Made by a program: the position numbers and the translations under genes. The notes under the pieces are model-generated. The model made no database searches. It saw only the letters and a list, made by a program, of their open reading frames with translations, and had not been told where the DNA came from. From Dehalococcoidia bacterium (GTDB taxonomy: Bacteria > Chloroflexota > Dehalococcoidia > UBA2979), in contig OZ244720.1 in NCBI GenBank assembly GCA_965219085.1, forward strand, positions 1,856,001 to 1,920,000: a stretch of 64,000 nucleotides of DNA, in the 5' to 3' direction. This document shows, one piece after another, positions 44,256 to 54,832 of the stretch (positions are counted from its first letter, which is position 1; each line of letters starts with the position of its first letter).

Positions 44256-47200
44256 TCAGCTCGATGCCCGCGTGATCGCGATGGTGTAGGCCTGCGTCGT
44301 GACGCCGTCGCCGGCGGTGACGGTGACGGTGATCGTGGTCGTCGAACCCGCTGTCAGATTCACCTGGTGGCCGTCGCTCAAGCTGTCGGCGTCGGTGGGC
44401 GAGATCACCACCGTCGCCTGGGTGTTGGTCGCGCCCGTCGTGACCGTGGTCGAGGCCACATCGTTGTCGACCGAGAGCGTGTAGCTGACCGTGTCGCGGT
44501 CGAATTCGAGGTCGATCCCGCTGAGCTCGAGACTGAGAAGTTTCGCGTTGGTCTTCCAGGGGGAGTCGAACGCCGGCGTGTCGATCTCGGCGCCGTCGTA
44601 GCCCCAGCACGTAATCGTGCTGTCGGTCCGCAAGGCGCAGGCATGGGGATACCAGTCGATCGATACGGTCTTGAAATCGCTCGCGGTCAGTCCGCTCAAA
44701 CTCGTCAAGAGGGAGCCGAGACTGCCGCCATGGCGCGTCCAGCACTTGATTTGGCCCGTCTCTGTGACGCCGCAGGTTCGCGTGTAGTGCACCTGAAGGT
44801 GCTGGAACTTGTCAGTGGGGGCTGCTTGCTCGTCCTCCGTGTAACTGGTGTTCTCGGCGGAATCTTGCCCCGTCGTCGCGGCGAACTTGTTCTGCAGCGA
44901 GTGATCTCCGTATCGCCAACACAACACGGTGCCATCGACATCCGGGTCTGTGGCATCCGAACGAATCCCGCACACTCGATATCCGCCGACCTGTAGGAAC
45001 TTGAACGTGCCCGTTGGCACGGCGCGAGCCCCGTGATTGCTCCAACACACGGCTTCGTCGTCGTTGTCGATGGCGCAGGCGATGTAGCTGCCGACGCTGA
45101 TTGAGGTGTAGGTACCTGACGACGGCGGTCCGGCCATGCCGGCCCCGCAATCGACGGTGCCATCGGCGTTCAGCCAGCAGACTCCATCGAGGTTGTTGGT
45201 GTTGACCTGTTGCTTGGGACCAGAACCATCCGGCTGGTAGTCGCGCTCCCAACAGGTTGCGGAGCCGTCGTCACGGATGGCGCAGGTGCGGTCGAATCCA
45301 GCGATGACCTGGGTGAAGATGCCCTCAGGTGTGTCCGCTTGCCTGGCACACACCCAGCGCCCGTCATACGGACCGCCTTCGCAGCGCTCCTTCAGATTTT
45401 CCATCTCGCCCCAGCACTCCAGCGTGCCGTCCATGCGGAGGGCGCACGCGTGCCGCCAGCCGGCGTCGACCTGCTGGAACCCGCCGACCGCCTCGACCAC
45501 CTGCTTCACGACGACGGGGTTGTCGACCTTGACGATGGTCTTGATGGCGCCAACCAGTTGCTCGCCGTCGGAGTTGACGGAGTCGTCCGACTGAACCGAC
45601 TTGGCGGTGCTGTCCGAGTTGTCGGTGGTCAAGGACAGTTCCTTGACGTGCTGGCCGGCCGTCACCGTGAGCGAGAGTTCGTAGGTGCCGGTCCAGCCGC
45701 TCTCCGCGCCGGCGGCGATGTAGTACTCGCCGTCGGTCGATGGGGTGAATGAGGCGACACGGCTGTCCTTTCCGGTGCCGTTCACCTCGGAATCGCTGCC
45801 CGCAATCAGGATGCTGTCGCCGCCGTAGACGCCGAGCAGCTTGGGATCGACCAGCGTGCCCAGGGTGACGAACGCCGGCGCGCCGTTGACCAGGACCCAC
45901 TCGCCGCTCGACTTGCCCTTCATGTCGAACTGGTAGGTGACGCCGCCGACCAGCGCGACCTTGTACCAGTCGACGTCGCCTTCGGCGTCGATTTCGCCGA
46001 TCACGCTGCCGCCGACTTCGAGCACGCCAGTCGTGCTCGGGTCGTGGGGCAGATCACCGTCGCTGGGCGGAGTCGTGTCGATCACCCGGACCCCGTACGT
46101 GCCGGTCCCGCGACTGCCGGAGGTAAAGTCCTCGCGACTGCGCACCACGACGTAGTAGGTGGAATCCTCGGTCGGCTGGAACTCGTAACTGCCGGTCCCG
46201 TTGCCGCCGTCGCGGTCGTGGGACAGCGCGCTGCCGTCGCTGTCGTAGACCGCCCGCAGGTAGGGCAGGCCGAGCGTGTAGTCGTTGTCGCCGTCGGCCG
46301 AACTGACCAGGTCGAGGTAGTAGGTCTTGCCGTCGCCGCCGGTCAGATCGAGCTGGAACCAGTCGTGCTCCTCCTCGGCCGTCTCAATCGAGGCGTCCGT
46401 GGTCGTGCCCAGCGTCAGCGTGACCGGCGTCACGTCGGGGAACGTCTCGAACAGCGTTTCCTCCGGCGTCGGCGGCGCCAGCGGCGGCGGAATCTCGGGC
46501 GGCTCCTGGATCGTGAGCGAGAAGCTCCTCGTGCCGTGTCCCGGCTGGCCGCCGATTCGCACGTAGTAGGTCCCGGCTTCCTTCGGCCTGAAGGTACCGA
46601 TGTTGGACTTGGCGATGATCGTGCCGTCGGACTTGTAGATCGCCCGTCGGAAGACCTCACTGCTCTTGTTCAGCGCCGTCTCGTACTCCGTGCCGGCCTC
46701 GAGCTCGACCGAGAACCAGGCGTCGCTGTCGTTCGGCGGGAACTTGACTGTGCCGCGGATCGACTGGCCTTCGGTCGCCGACTTGGCGGAAATCTCGGCG
46801 AAGCTGTCCGCGTCGAGCGCCTCAACCTCCGTCACGGAGACCTCGTACGGGCCGATCATGCGGACGTCATCGCCGCAGCATGCGTTGTGGCCGAGGTCGA
46901 TGTAGTAATCGCCCGTGCGCGTCGGCGTGAAGACGATCTCCATCGTGCGGTGACGCCAATAGTCGCCGTCCCAGCGGGTGCCGGGCAGCGGCTTGGACTC
47001 GTCACCGAAGCGAATCCCGCCAATCCCAACGACCTCGTCGATAATGTGGTCTCGCCCGAACGTGCCATGAGCGCGCAGCTTGTAGGACTTGCCCGCTTCC
47101 ATGGCGACGACGTACCAGTCGTGGTCGGACGACTTCTCGAAGAAGCCGTTGACCTTGGTGCCGTCGATGCTCAGGCGCGCGGTCGTGCTGGTGTTGTTGG

Positions 47201-50200
47201 GCAGATCGGGTTCCGTCGGGGTGACATCGGTCACCGAGACGCGGTAGTCGCCGAGGAACCGGTTGTACCGAGAGGAAGCGTCCGGACTGACCACCAGGTA
47301 GTAGGCGCCGCTCTTGGGCGCGCGGTACAACGCGCGGGCGTTGCGGCCGTCACCGGAGTCTTCGTCATCGGCGCTGTTGAAGACGCTGATCTGGGGGCCC
47401 GGCAGGACGATCGTGTAGAGGTTCGGGTCGGGCCAGGGACCGACCTTGGAACCGGGCACGACGGCCGACTCGACGTCGACCTGGTAGATGCGGCCCGCAG
47501 TCAGATCGACGGCGATCCAGTCGGTGTCGCCGCCCTGCCACAGCCGGTCGTGGTTGTACTCGATGTCGTAGTCGTCGCTCCAGCGGACCCAGTCGATCCG
47601 ACCCAGCATCGAACCGCCGACCTCGACCCGACCGTGCTGGCCCGGACCGATGTCCCAGATCGGGTAGGAGCGGCCCTGGTCGTCCCTTGTGCGGGTCTCG
47701 CGGAAGTCATCCTCAACCCGCACGACGGTAAACGTGTATGGCTCGGTTCCCCGCCATCTCTCGTTGTAGTAGGGCGAGGTCGAGACGCGGAAGAAGAACA
47801 GGCCGCTGCGCCCCGGCGTGAGGATCGCCTCCTGGTATCCGACATCGACATCCTCGCGACTGAGTGAGTGCATCACGTACTCGGCGCCGTCGGCGTGCTC
47901 GTAGTCATGCTGAACCGCCGACGTCTGCCACGTGAGCACATTCCAGATGGTGCTCGGGTTGCGGCTGCGCACCACGACGGCGTACCGGACGCCCTTCTCC
48001 AGCTCGACGCCCACCCAGTCGGTCCCGTAGGCGCCGCCGCCGTATGTCCCGGGGTTGTCGTCGACGGCGTCGTGTCGACCAGTAATCGTGTCGCCGACCT
48101 GGGCGCGACCCAGGGTCTGGCCGTCATGGCTGAACTCGACGGTGCCGGACTCGGAGATGTTGCCGCTGACCGAGTAGCCGAGCTCGTAGCTCTGCGTGCC
48201 CGAGCCGGCGGGCACGGCGATCCGGATGCGGTAGTCGCCCGCGCGCAAGACGGCGGAACGCGCCTGGCCGTCGCCGTCGTTGGCGCCGGAGCTGAGCAGC
48301 GCGCCGGTCGATGAGTGCAGGTGGATGCCGACGCTCTGCGTGTTGAGCGTCAGGCTCACCTCGCGCACGTCGGTCAGGTTGAACGTGTAGTAGACCTCTG
48401 CCGTGCTCGCGCCGGTCTGCGTGCCCGAGCTGCCGTGCGGGGTGATGTCGCCGATATCGGTCGCGGTGGGCAGATCAATCTCCACAGCGGTCGAGGCGTC
48501 GCTGGCCGTCTCGCCGATCAGGGCGATCACCTGGTAGCCGTACTTGGCGCCGAGCATGACACTGTCATCGGCAAAGCTGACAGCGCTGTCGGACGTGTTC
48601 TCGACCAGAGTCGTGTAGCTGTCGGCCGCGTCGACATCGCGGTCACGGCGCAACACGCGGTAGCCCGTGACTACGTCGAGCGAGGGACCGTCCCAGGTCA
48701 GAGAGACCGCGCCGGCGCCGGCGGAGACCGTCGCCGCCAGCCCGGTCGGCGCGTCGGCCGGCGTATCGACCTCGATTTCGTCCGACTCGGGGCTCAGCCC
48801 GCTGCCGTCGAGCGCGCGGATCCAATAGGCGTACTTGCTGGCGGTGTCGACGGTGTTGTCGACAAACGACGTGGCGGTCGAACCGGTGTCGTTGTTGACG
48901 ATGACCGTGACGCTCGGGTCAACGTCGCGCTCGCGGCGCAGAATGCGGTAGCCGGTCAGCGAACTGTCATCCGGGTCGTCCCAGCCCAGCGTGACCGCGT
49001 CCGCGGTCGCCGTGGCGCTCAGGCCGGTCGGCGCATCCGGCGCCGACGGCAGGTCGGCCTCGACGGCGGTCGGTTCGCTGGCGAGCCCTTCGTGCAACGC
49101 CAGGACCTGCCAGGCGTACTGGCCGCCCGCGCTCACACCGGTGTCGAGGTAGCTGGTTCCGGAACCGTTGTCGGCCATGATCACGGCAAACGCGCTGCCG
49201 GCGACGGCGCGGTCGCGGCGCGTGATCTTGTAGCCGGTCACGCTCGCGTCGCCTGGATCATCCCAACTCAGCGTCGCCGAGGTCGTGGTCACGCTGACCG
49301 TCAGGCCGGTCGGCGCCGGCGGCGCCCCGACCATGTCGCCCTCGATGGTCGCTGGAACACCCACGATCTCGCCGCGCAGGGCGATGACTTGCCAGGCGTA
49401 CTTGCCGCCGGTACTCAAGCCGCTGTCTTCGTAGCTCGTGCCTGTCCCGCTGTCGGCGACGATCTGCACGAACTCGCTGTTTTCGATATCGCGGTCGCGG
49501 CGCGTAATCCGGTAGCCGGTGATGCTCGCGTCGCCCGGATCATCCCAACTCAGCGTCGCCGAAGTCTTGGTCACGCTGACCGATAGTCCGGTCGGCGCCG
49601 GCGGCGGTGGCGGGACGGCCTGCGTATCGGCCCTGACGTAGGTCGACTGCGGGCTCGGGCCGTGGGCGTTGATCGCCTTGACCCGGTAGACGTAGCGAGT
49701 CGAGGCTTCGACCGTCGTGTCCGTGAACCTGACCGCGGCGCTGCCCGTGTCCTCGACGATGATGTCGAAGCGTCCGACCTCGTACACATCCCGCAGCCGG
49801 CGCAAAATCTGATACCCGGTCACGCTTGAGTCCAGGACACGGTTCCAGCGCAGCTCGACCGCGTCGTGGCTGACCGACACCACCCGAACGCCCATTGGCT
49901 TCGCCGGCGGCTCACTGACCGTCTCCGGATCGCCCGGCGAAGACACTTCCCCTGGCGTATACAACGTCACTGTGCCACCCACCGCGACGGACTCGGCCGC
50001 GCTCTCCACCCAGCTCAAACTCAGCGCGACCGTGTCGTCCTCGGCCCACACCTGCGTGGTCGCCCAGACGTAGGAGGTAATTCTGGTGCTCTTCACCTGA
50101 CTCGCATCGGCGGAGGCGAACTCGGTCCCGTCCACCGTCAGGACGAAGTCGTCGCTCGGCTCCGGCTTCAGGTTGAAGGCCAGAAAGCCGTTCGACAGCA

Positions 50201-50525
50201 GCATCGCCACGACCTCGATCAACTGGTCATCCTCGTTGAACGTGTTCTCGCTGAGCGTGCCCATCCCGCCCTGGAAGATGCTGTAGCCGTGGGTCGTCTG
50301 GCTGCCCGTGCCGTGCACGCCCACGGTCAGGGTCGCGGTCCAGGCCGCCGAGCTTTCGCTCTCGACCGCGTCCACGCCTTGTTCGCCCGAGGCCGGCAGC
50401 ACGCCCGAGAGCGCACAGGCGAAGATGAGCGCAATCAGCGTCGCTGAGACGGCGACTGCGCGCAGGGCCGACCTCCCGCCCTTCTTCCAAATCGATCCTG
50501 TGGCGGGACGCTGGATAGCGGTCAT
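44256..50525 (-). CDS. Surface protein A (~2,090 aa): signal peptide, five FN3, several PPC-like domains, RCC1/BLIP-II-like repeats, cadherin-like C-terminus
   Basis: ALIFACALSGVLPASG signal; FN3 motifs; D.DW[FY].V.L PPC-like repeats; VDAGW.H.CALRMDGT..CWG repeats. Start may be 50525 or 50576. Confidence 0.9.
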   Translation of the reverse strand: MTAIQRPATGSIWKKGGRSALRAVAVSATLIALIFACALSGVLPASGEQGVDAVESESSAAWTATLTVGVHGTGSQTTHGYSIFQGGMGTLSENTFNEDDQLIEVVAMLLSNGFLAFNLKPEPSDDFVLTVDGTEFASADASQVKSTRITSYVWATTQVWAEDDTVALSLSWVESAAESVAVGGTVTLYTPGEVSSPGDPETVSEPPAKPMGVRVVSVSHDAVELRWNRVLDSSVTGYQILRRLRDVYEVGRFDIIVEDTGSAAVRFTDTTVEASTRYVYRVKAINAHGPSPQSTYVRADTQAVPPPPPAPTGLSVSVTKTSATLSWDDPGDASITGYRITRRDRDIENSEFVQIVADSGTGTSYEDSGLSTGGKYAWQVIALRGEIVGVPATIEGDMVGAPPAPTGLTVSVTTTSATLSWDDPGDASVTGYKITRRDRAVAGSAFAVIMADNGSGTSYLDTGVSAGGQYAWQVLALHEGLASEPTAVEADLPSAPDAPTGLSATATADAVTLGWDDPDDSSLTGYRILRRERDVDPSVTVIVNNDTGSTATSFVDNTVDTASKYAYWIRALDGSGLSPESDEIEVDTPADAPTGLAATVSAGAGAVSLTWDGPSLDVVTGYRVLRRDRDVDAADSYTTLVENTSDSAVSFADDSVMLGAKYGYQVIALIGETASDASTAVEIDLPTATDIGDITPHGSSGTQTGASTAEVYYTFNLTDVREVSLTLNTQSVGIHLHSSTGALLSSGANDGDGQARSAVLRAGDYRIRIAVPAGSGTQSYELGYSVSGNISESGTVEFSHDGQTLGRAQVGDTITGRHDAVDDNPGTYGGGAYGTDWVGVELEKGVRYAVVVRSRNPSTIWNVLTWQTSAVQHDYEHADGAEYVMHSLSREDVDVGYQEAILTPGRSGLFFFRVSTSPYYNERWRGTEPYTFTVVRVEDDFRETRTRDDQGRSYPIWDIGPGQHGRVEVGGSMLGRIDWVRWSDDYDIEYNHDRLWQGGDTDWIAVDLTAGRIYQVDVESAVVPGSKVGPWPDPNLYTIVLPGPQISVFNSADDEDSGDGRNARALYRAPKSGAYYLVVSPDASSRYNRFLGDYRVSVTDVTPTEPDLPNNTSTTARLSIDGTKVNGFFEKSSDHDWYVVAMEAGKSYKLRAHGTFGRDHIIDEVVGIGGIRFGDESKPLPGTRWDGDYWRHRTMEIVFTPTRTGDYYIDLGHNACCGDDVRMIGPYEVSVTEVEALDADSFAEISAKSATEGQSIRGTVKFPPNDSDAWFSVELEAGTEYETALNKSSEVFRRAIYKSDGTIIAKSNIGTFRPKEAGTYYVRIGGQPGHGTRSFSLTIQEPPEIPPPLAPPTPEETLFETFPDVTPVTLTLGTTTDASIETAEEEHDWFQLDLTGGDGKTYYLDLVSSADGDNDYTLGLPYLRAVYDSDGSALSHDRDGGNGTGSYEFQPTEDSTYYVVVRSREDFTSGSRGTGTYGVRVIDTTPPSDGDLPHDPSTTGVLEVGGSVIGEIDAEGDVDWYKVALVGGVTYQFDMKGKSSGEWVLVNGAPAFVTLGTLVDPKLLGVYGGDSILIAGSDSEVNGTGKDSRVASFTPSTDGEYYIAAGAESGWTGTYELSLTVTAGQHVKELSLTTDNSDSTAKSVQSDDSVNSDGEQLVGAIKTIVKVDNPVVVKQVVEAVGGFQQVDAGWRHACALRMDGTLECWGEMENLKERCEGGPYDGRWVCARQADTPEGIFTQVIAGFDRTCAIRDDGSATCWERDYQPDGSGPKQQVNTNNLDGVCWLNADGTVDCGAGMAGPPSSGTYTSISVGSYIACAIDNDDEAVCWSNHGARAVPTGTFKFLQVGGYRVCGIRSDATDPDVDGTVLCWRYGDHSLQNKFAATTGQDSAENTSYTEDEQAAPTDKFQHLQVHYTRTCGVTETGQIKCWTRHGGSLGSLLTSLSGLTASDFKTVSIDWYPHACALRTDSTITCWGYDGAEIDTPAFDSPWKTNAKLLSLELSGIDLEFDRDTVSYTLSVDNDVASTTVTTGATNTQATVVISPTDADSLSDGHQVNLTAGSTTTITVTVTAGDGVTTQAYTIAITRASS

Positions 50526-50662
50526 GTCGAGAGCCACGCAACTGCCTCCTGTGTAGCACGGGCCAAGCCATGGCAAGGTACCACCTGGCTGTGAATCTTC
50601 AATGGAAATAAGCCCACTGCGGTGGCAGTGCGATGTACACTCGGAGAAATAGGCTACGGAGG
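50526..50662. promoter_or_regulatory. Conserved intergenic element, copy c, directly upstream of surface protein A
   Basis: CATGGCAAGGTACCACCT, TGAATCTTCA (50592), GGTGGC (50621), GCTACGGAGG. Confidence 0.7.
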
Positions 50663-50809
50663 TAACAAGACCAAATGCGTGAGTTTCGGGCTCTCTTCCG
50701 TGAGCTTTAGTGAGGACTTATTTGATTCCGGGTATGGGCCTGCTGGCGGACGCAGAGACGCTGTCGGGGAAGCCGTCCAGGGCGCCACCCTGACGCCCTG
50801 CCGGAGTTG

Positions 50810-50893
50810 CGCGGGCTGCGTCCGGCCGATGCGCCACGAGCGCCGGGACGCCTGCCGCATCGTGTAGATGCTGTAATCCGTTTCGTACCAAAC
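50810..50893 (-). pseudogene. Short SF2 helicase fragment WYETDYSIYTMRQASRRSWRIGRTQP
   Basis: Direct translation; matches the other helicase relics. Confidence 0.8.
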
Positions 50894-50912
50894 AGGCGCA
50901 GACAGGGAAGCG

Positions 50913-50978
50913 TCAGTTGGCTTGCGGAGTGCCCTCGCTCCGGATGACGAGCGGTGTGATCGAGGGCAAACCTTCGGC
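50913..50978 (-). pseudogene. 3' stub of a surface-protein gene (AEGLPSITPLVIRSEGTPQAN*)
   Basis: Matches the end of the Cys-repeat module (AEGLPPLTPLVARSDGPAEAN* at 58640). Confidence 0.75.
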
Positions 50979-50984
50979 TGCGCG

Positions 50985-51390
50985 CCCCCCTCATACGCAC
51001 CCTGCCCGCGCTCCAGCAGCGCCCAGAGCCGCCCGTAGCGGCTCTCCCAGCGCGGCCACCAGCTCCGGCGCCACCTTGCCGCACCGCCTACCGCCTGCGG
51101 CTTGCGCGCCGGTAGTCCACCCGGCGACCGCCGAAGCGCTACGGGGGGTGCATGGCCTCCTCGCTGCGGCAGCGCAGCGTCAACTCGTCCACGCCGATGG
51201 AGGCCATCGCGCGCAGTCCTGCCCAGCGACTCGGCACCGAGTACCAGGCCCCCTCGACCCGCACCTGCACGCCGCGGGTCACCGAAACCGCCCGCAACTG
51301 GCGCGCGTCGACCTCTCCCCGCAGCCATGCCGGGAGCGCGGCGAGTGACTCCCCGCGCGGCACCGGCGTGAGGTGCTGCAGCCGGATTGC
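50985..51390 (-). pseudogene. IS21-family IstA transposase C-terminal fragment
   Basis: VQVRVEGAWYSVPSRWAG motif; frameshifted continuation. Confidence 0.6.
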
Positions 51391-51392
51391 CC

Positions 51393-53162
51393 TCACGCGG
51401 GGCGGTACTCAAGGAGCGACGACCGGCCAGTGATTGCGGCTACGCGCACGAGCAACCCGTGGCCGTTCGCGTCCGTCAAGCGCAACTCCTCCTCACCCGG
51501 AACGAACCGGACTGGCTGCTGTCGCCCACCGTTGATGGCGATGTTCGAGGCGTAAAGGTACGTCCTGCCGCTCGTGTCGAGGATCGGGTTGAGGCGACCC
51601 GAGAGGCCGGGGATGTGGCCAGTTCCCTCCGGGAACACGATCGATCCGCCGCCTGGGAGCACAACGAGTTCGACTGCAAGCGACCGTTCCGACGGGATCC
51701 AGTCCCGCTCCACATGCGCGGCGCAGCCTTCCGCCGCGACATACACGGTCATCGGCAGGTGCACCGAGTGCAGATCGAGGCGCGCCTCGCCGCCGCCATC
51801 GGTTGAGGCGCGCCTCCACGTGTTGTTCGGGAAGAGCGCGAGCACGTCGGCACCCGCAAGCAACAGTCCGTCCCGGCGAACCGCGATGACGACGCTTGCC
51901 GGTCCGGAGTCGGGCTCGGCGGCCGGCGGCGTGAGAGAGAGCCCGGAGCCATCGATGAGCCGGAACTCCGGCTCCCTGCCGGTTAGTTCGCGTGTCTCGC
52001 GGCGGATGATCGGCACGCCGTCGCCGCGGCGCTCCATGAAGTAGCGTCTGCCCCAGGCACCCTCCACTGAGCCCGCGTCGATGCGGCCGAGCACCGAGGT
52101 CAGCACCCCGTTCCGCGTCGACTGCCGCTCACCCATGCTCTCGATCGTGAGGTTGTTCGGGAGCGAGCCTGGCGAGCAGAGTTCGAGCCGGTCGGAGAAG
52201 ATCGACAGCCTGATGCGGCTCCCGCGGATCGAGTAGTCACGGTGCACCACCGCATTCACGATCGCCTCGAAGAGCGCCTGCGTGCTGTACTCGGGCAGGT
52301 TCTCACGGGCGGGCGCCTTGCGCGCCCCGACGTGCATGTTGTGCACGGCGAAGGCAAGCGCCTGCGTGATCTGGCCGTCGGTCGGCCCCGTGATTTCCTG
52401 CGCGTCGACCTGGCCCGACGCGCGGTCCGCGCCCCGGTAGCGGACGGCGGTGATCACGGCGTTCGGTAGGAACCGCTCCGGGTGAGCCGTGCAGACCAGT
52501 ACACCGGCCACGGTCGCGCGCGTCACGCCATGCTCGTCAGTCGCGAGCAGGCCGAGCTTCTCCAGCGCAACTTCTGGATCAACGAGGCCTTCGGCGCTGA
52601 GGAGCGGCTTCCACAGCTCCTCGTCGAGGGTCGCGAACCCGGTTTCGCCCACTGTCTGCTCGTCGAAGCTGGGGTATCGGACCAGGCCGCGCTGCTGCGC
52701 CAGTCGCACCCGCTCGTCGCGCGTTATCGGCTGCTTCGCACTACCGACGCGGACGTAGCGGCCACTCGGACTGTCGTGCTGCGCGTGTCCTTCGGGGACC
52801 GTGACCAGTAGGAGGGAGCGTCCGTCCAACTCCAGGCGGTACGCCTCCACCCGGATCGCCGGCTTGATGGAGTCCCTCGCGATCTCCCCGACGAGGCGCT
52901 CCACCGCGTCGAGACGCTCGCGGGACATGCCCGGCACATCGCCCGCGTCCGTGACGCCGAAGAGCAGGATACCGCCGCTCGCGTTGGCGAAGGCACCAAC
53001 CTCGTCGGCCCAGTCGTCGCGGTGATCCCGGGCGGGGCGGTCGCCCCGGAACTCGACCTCCTTGAACTCCCACCCACTGTCCTCGCCCTGACGCAGTCGG
53101 CTCCGGATTTCGTCGTCACTGTAGGGCATCGTCGTCGCTGGCTCAGCCTGTTCCGAGGCCAC
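51393..53162 (-). CDS. Schlafen/AlbA_2 domain plus HATPase_c_4 (RecG-C-like) protein with extra C-terminal domain
   Basis: GEDSGWEFKE, AFANASGG.LLFGVTD, EAIVNAVVHRDYS, LELCSPGSLP, MERRGDGV. Confidence 0.85.
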   Translation of the reverse strand: MASEQAEPATTMPYSDDEIRSRLRQGEDSGWEFKEVEFRGDRPARDHRDDWADEVGAFANASGGILLFGVTDAGDVPGMSRERLDAVERLVGEIARDSIKPAIRVEAYRLELDGRSLLLVTVPEGHAQHDSPSGRYVRVGSAKQPITRDERVRLAQQRGLVRYPSFDEQTVGETGFATLDEELWKPLLSAEGLVDPEVALEKLGLLATDEHGVTRATVAGVLVCTAHPERFLPNAVITAVRYRGADRASGQVDAQEITGPTDGQITQALAFAVHNMHVGARKAPARENLPEYSTQALFEAIVNAVVHRDYSIRGSRIRLSIFSDRLELCSPGSLPNNLTIESMGERQSTRNGVLTSVLGRIDAGSVEGAWGRRYFMERRGDGVPIIRRETRELTGREPEFRLIDGSGLSLTPPAAEPDSGPASVVIAVRRDGLLLAGADVLALFPNNTWRRASTDGGGEARLDLHSVHLPMTVYVAAEGCAAHVERDWIPSERSLAVELVVLPGGGSIVFPEGTGHIPGLSGRLNPILDTSGRTYLYASNIAINGGRQQPVRFVPGEEELRLTDANGHGLLVRVAAITGRSSLLEYRPA

Positions 53163-53329
53163 GGCGGTTCCTCATGCCTCCGTGCAGGACTGGACAACCC
53201 CGACATCCCAGCAGGGCCGGTCACCGCCCGTGGTGTAGACGGAGGCGAGAAGCGGCGGATTCGACTGGCGCATGGTCATTTTACTTTGCGCCGAGGAGCC
53301 CCGATCGATCGGCGGGTCGGCGGCGGCGG

Positions 53330-53572
53330 AGCCTGGCTGACGCGGGTCTCGCAACTGGCGCAGCGATCCGCGCCCAACATCCACCCCTGGAACCAGAACG
53401 TCATCTTCTCGATCAACCGCCTGATGAAGGAAATCGACTGGGAGCCAGAGTACACTTTCCGCTCCGCGTCGAGCAGACCTTCGAGTGGTTCATGAACGAG
53501 CGCATGGACAAGACGCTGGAGCTCGACTGCTCGCTCGAGGACCTGCTGCTGGAGCGCATCCGCGGCGGCTAG
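53330..53572 (+). pseudogene. Probable C-terminal fragment of an NAD-dependent epimerase/dehydratase
   Basis: FSINRLMKEIDWEPEYTF, then frameshifted VEQTFEWF, resembling the extended-SDR C-terminus. Confidence 0.45.
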
Positions 53573-53580
53573 CGTTCGTC

Positions 53581-54012
53581 TCATTCCACGTCTCCCCGCT
53601 CTCGGGGTTCGATGTCGGCGCGGATTCCCTCACTGATGCGGTCCGTCTCAGCCTGGACGTCTTCGATGCGCCGGAGCGCGTCCGCCTTCGGCAGCTCCAG
53701 CAGCCCCTCCAGACCCTCGCAGAGGGCGTCGAACCGCTGCCATTCCGCCGCCTCGAACCCCTCCGGAGCAAGCTCCCCGCCCGACGTGACCCACGAGCAC
53801 ATGGCGAAGGCGCCTCTTTCGGTATCAAGCGCCTCGTCTCAGTTGTCCTGCTCGACGCACTCCTTCAGGTCGTCCAGGCGCGCGTCGAAGCGTCGTGCGA
53901 GCGTCTCGGAGTCGGCGATCCAGTCCTCGACGTCGGGCAACAACCGCGCGCACCCAGTCAGCGCCAGTACGGCGAGGAATGCGACCGCGATGAGCAGGAC
54001 GGTCCGAATCAC
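53581..54012 (-). pseudogene. Helical lipoprotein with internal TGA
   Basis: MIRTVLLIAVAFLAVLALTGC lipobox. TGA at 53839-53841; the frame continues into the 53581..53802 ORF. Confidence 0.6.
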
Positions 54013-54114
54013 CCCAGCAGCCGCTTCATCGTCGCGCAGCTCTCGCCCACCATCGCGATTGCGTCCGTGTCGTGATCTTCGTTCACCAGGCGGGTCGTTC
54101 CTACCTCTCTCACA

Positions 54115-54360
54115 AGGGCGGCACTGCTGCCGCTGCTCGATGTGGTCGGCGAAGTGACCGCCCGCATCGCCGCCGCCGAGCGGGAGATCGAGGCGCTGTG
54201 CCGGTCTACCCCGAGACGGCGGCGCTGCGCCAGGTCGCCGGCGTGGGTCCCATCACCGCGCTCACGTTCGTGCTGACGGTGGAGGATCCCGCGCAACCGC
54301 GAGGTGGCTGCCTACCTCGGGCTCGTGCCGAGGCAGCGCTTCCCGACCCGGGGAGCAGCG
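54115..54360 (+). pseudogene. Degraded IS110 transposase fragment, paralogue of 1625..2713
   Basis: ETAALRQVAGVGPITALTFVLTVEDP...YLGLVPRQR. Confidence 0.85.
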
Positions 54361-54361
54361 G

Positions 54362-54832
54362 CTAGAGCAACTCCCGCTTGAACAGTAGCCGCTCGATCCC
54401 GTACTTGCGGCTGCCCAGGACGCCGATGATGCCGGCGATCCCGAAGTAGAGGATCGGCACCTCGCCGCCGTGGGCGCCGAAGCCGCCCATGGCCGGGTAG
54501 ATGTGCGGCCACAGCTCGTTGGGGTAGTGCACATCGAAGTACGCGACCACCATCTGCACCGTCAGTGCGCCCGCGCCGAGGCGGGTGAACACACCGCTCG
54601 CGATCAGGATGGCGGCGATCACCTCCACCCACCCGGCGACATCGACCTTCCAGCCGAGCGGGTGATCCGCCGGGAAGTCCCAGAGCAGGAACGCCTTCTG
54701 CACCCCGTGGAGGCCCACGAGGAAGGCGAACAGCAGCCGGAAGCCGAGGTAGAACTCCTCGACGTACGGCAGGAGGTACTTCCCCAACAGCGAGCCGTCG
54801 CCCGCCGCTCCTGATTCATTGTCCATCTGCAT
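54362..54832 (-). CDS. DoxX-family membrane protein
   Basis: RLLFAFLVGLHGVQK, AGWVE...G.FTRLGA, MVVAYF..H, GGE..ILY, G...Y.I[DE]; four hydrophobic segments. Confidence 0.85.
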   Translation of the reverse strand: MQMDNESGAAGDGSLLGKYLLPYVEEFYLGFRLLFAFLVGLHGVQKAFLLWDFPADHPLGWKVDVAGWVEVIAAILIASGVFTRLGAGALTVQMVVAYFDVHYPNELWPHIYPAMGGFGAHGGEVPILYFGIAGIIGVLGSRKYGIERLLFKRELL

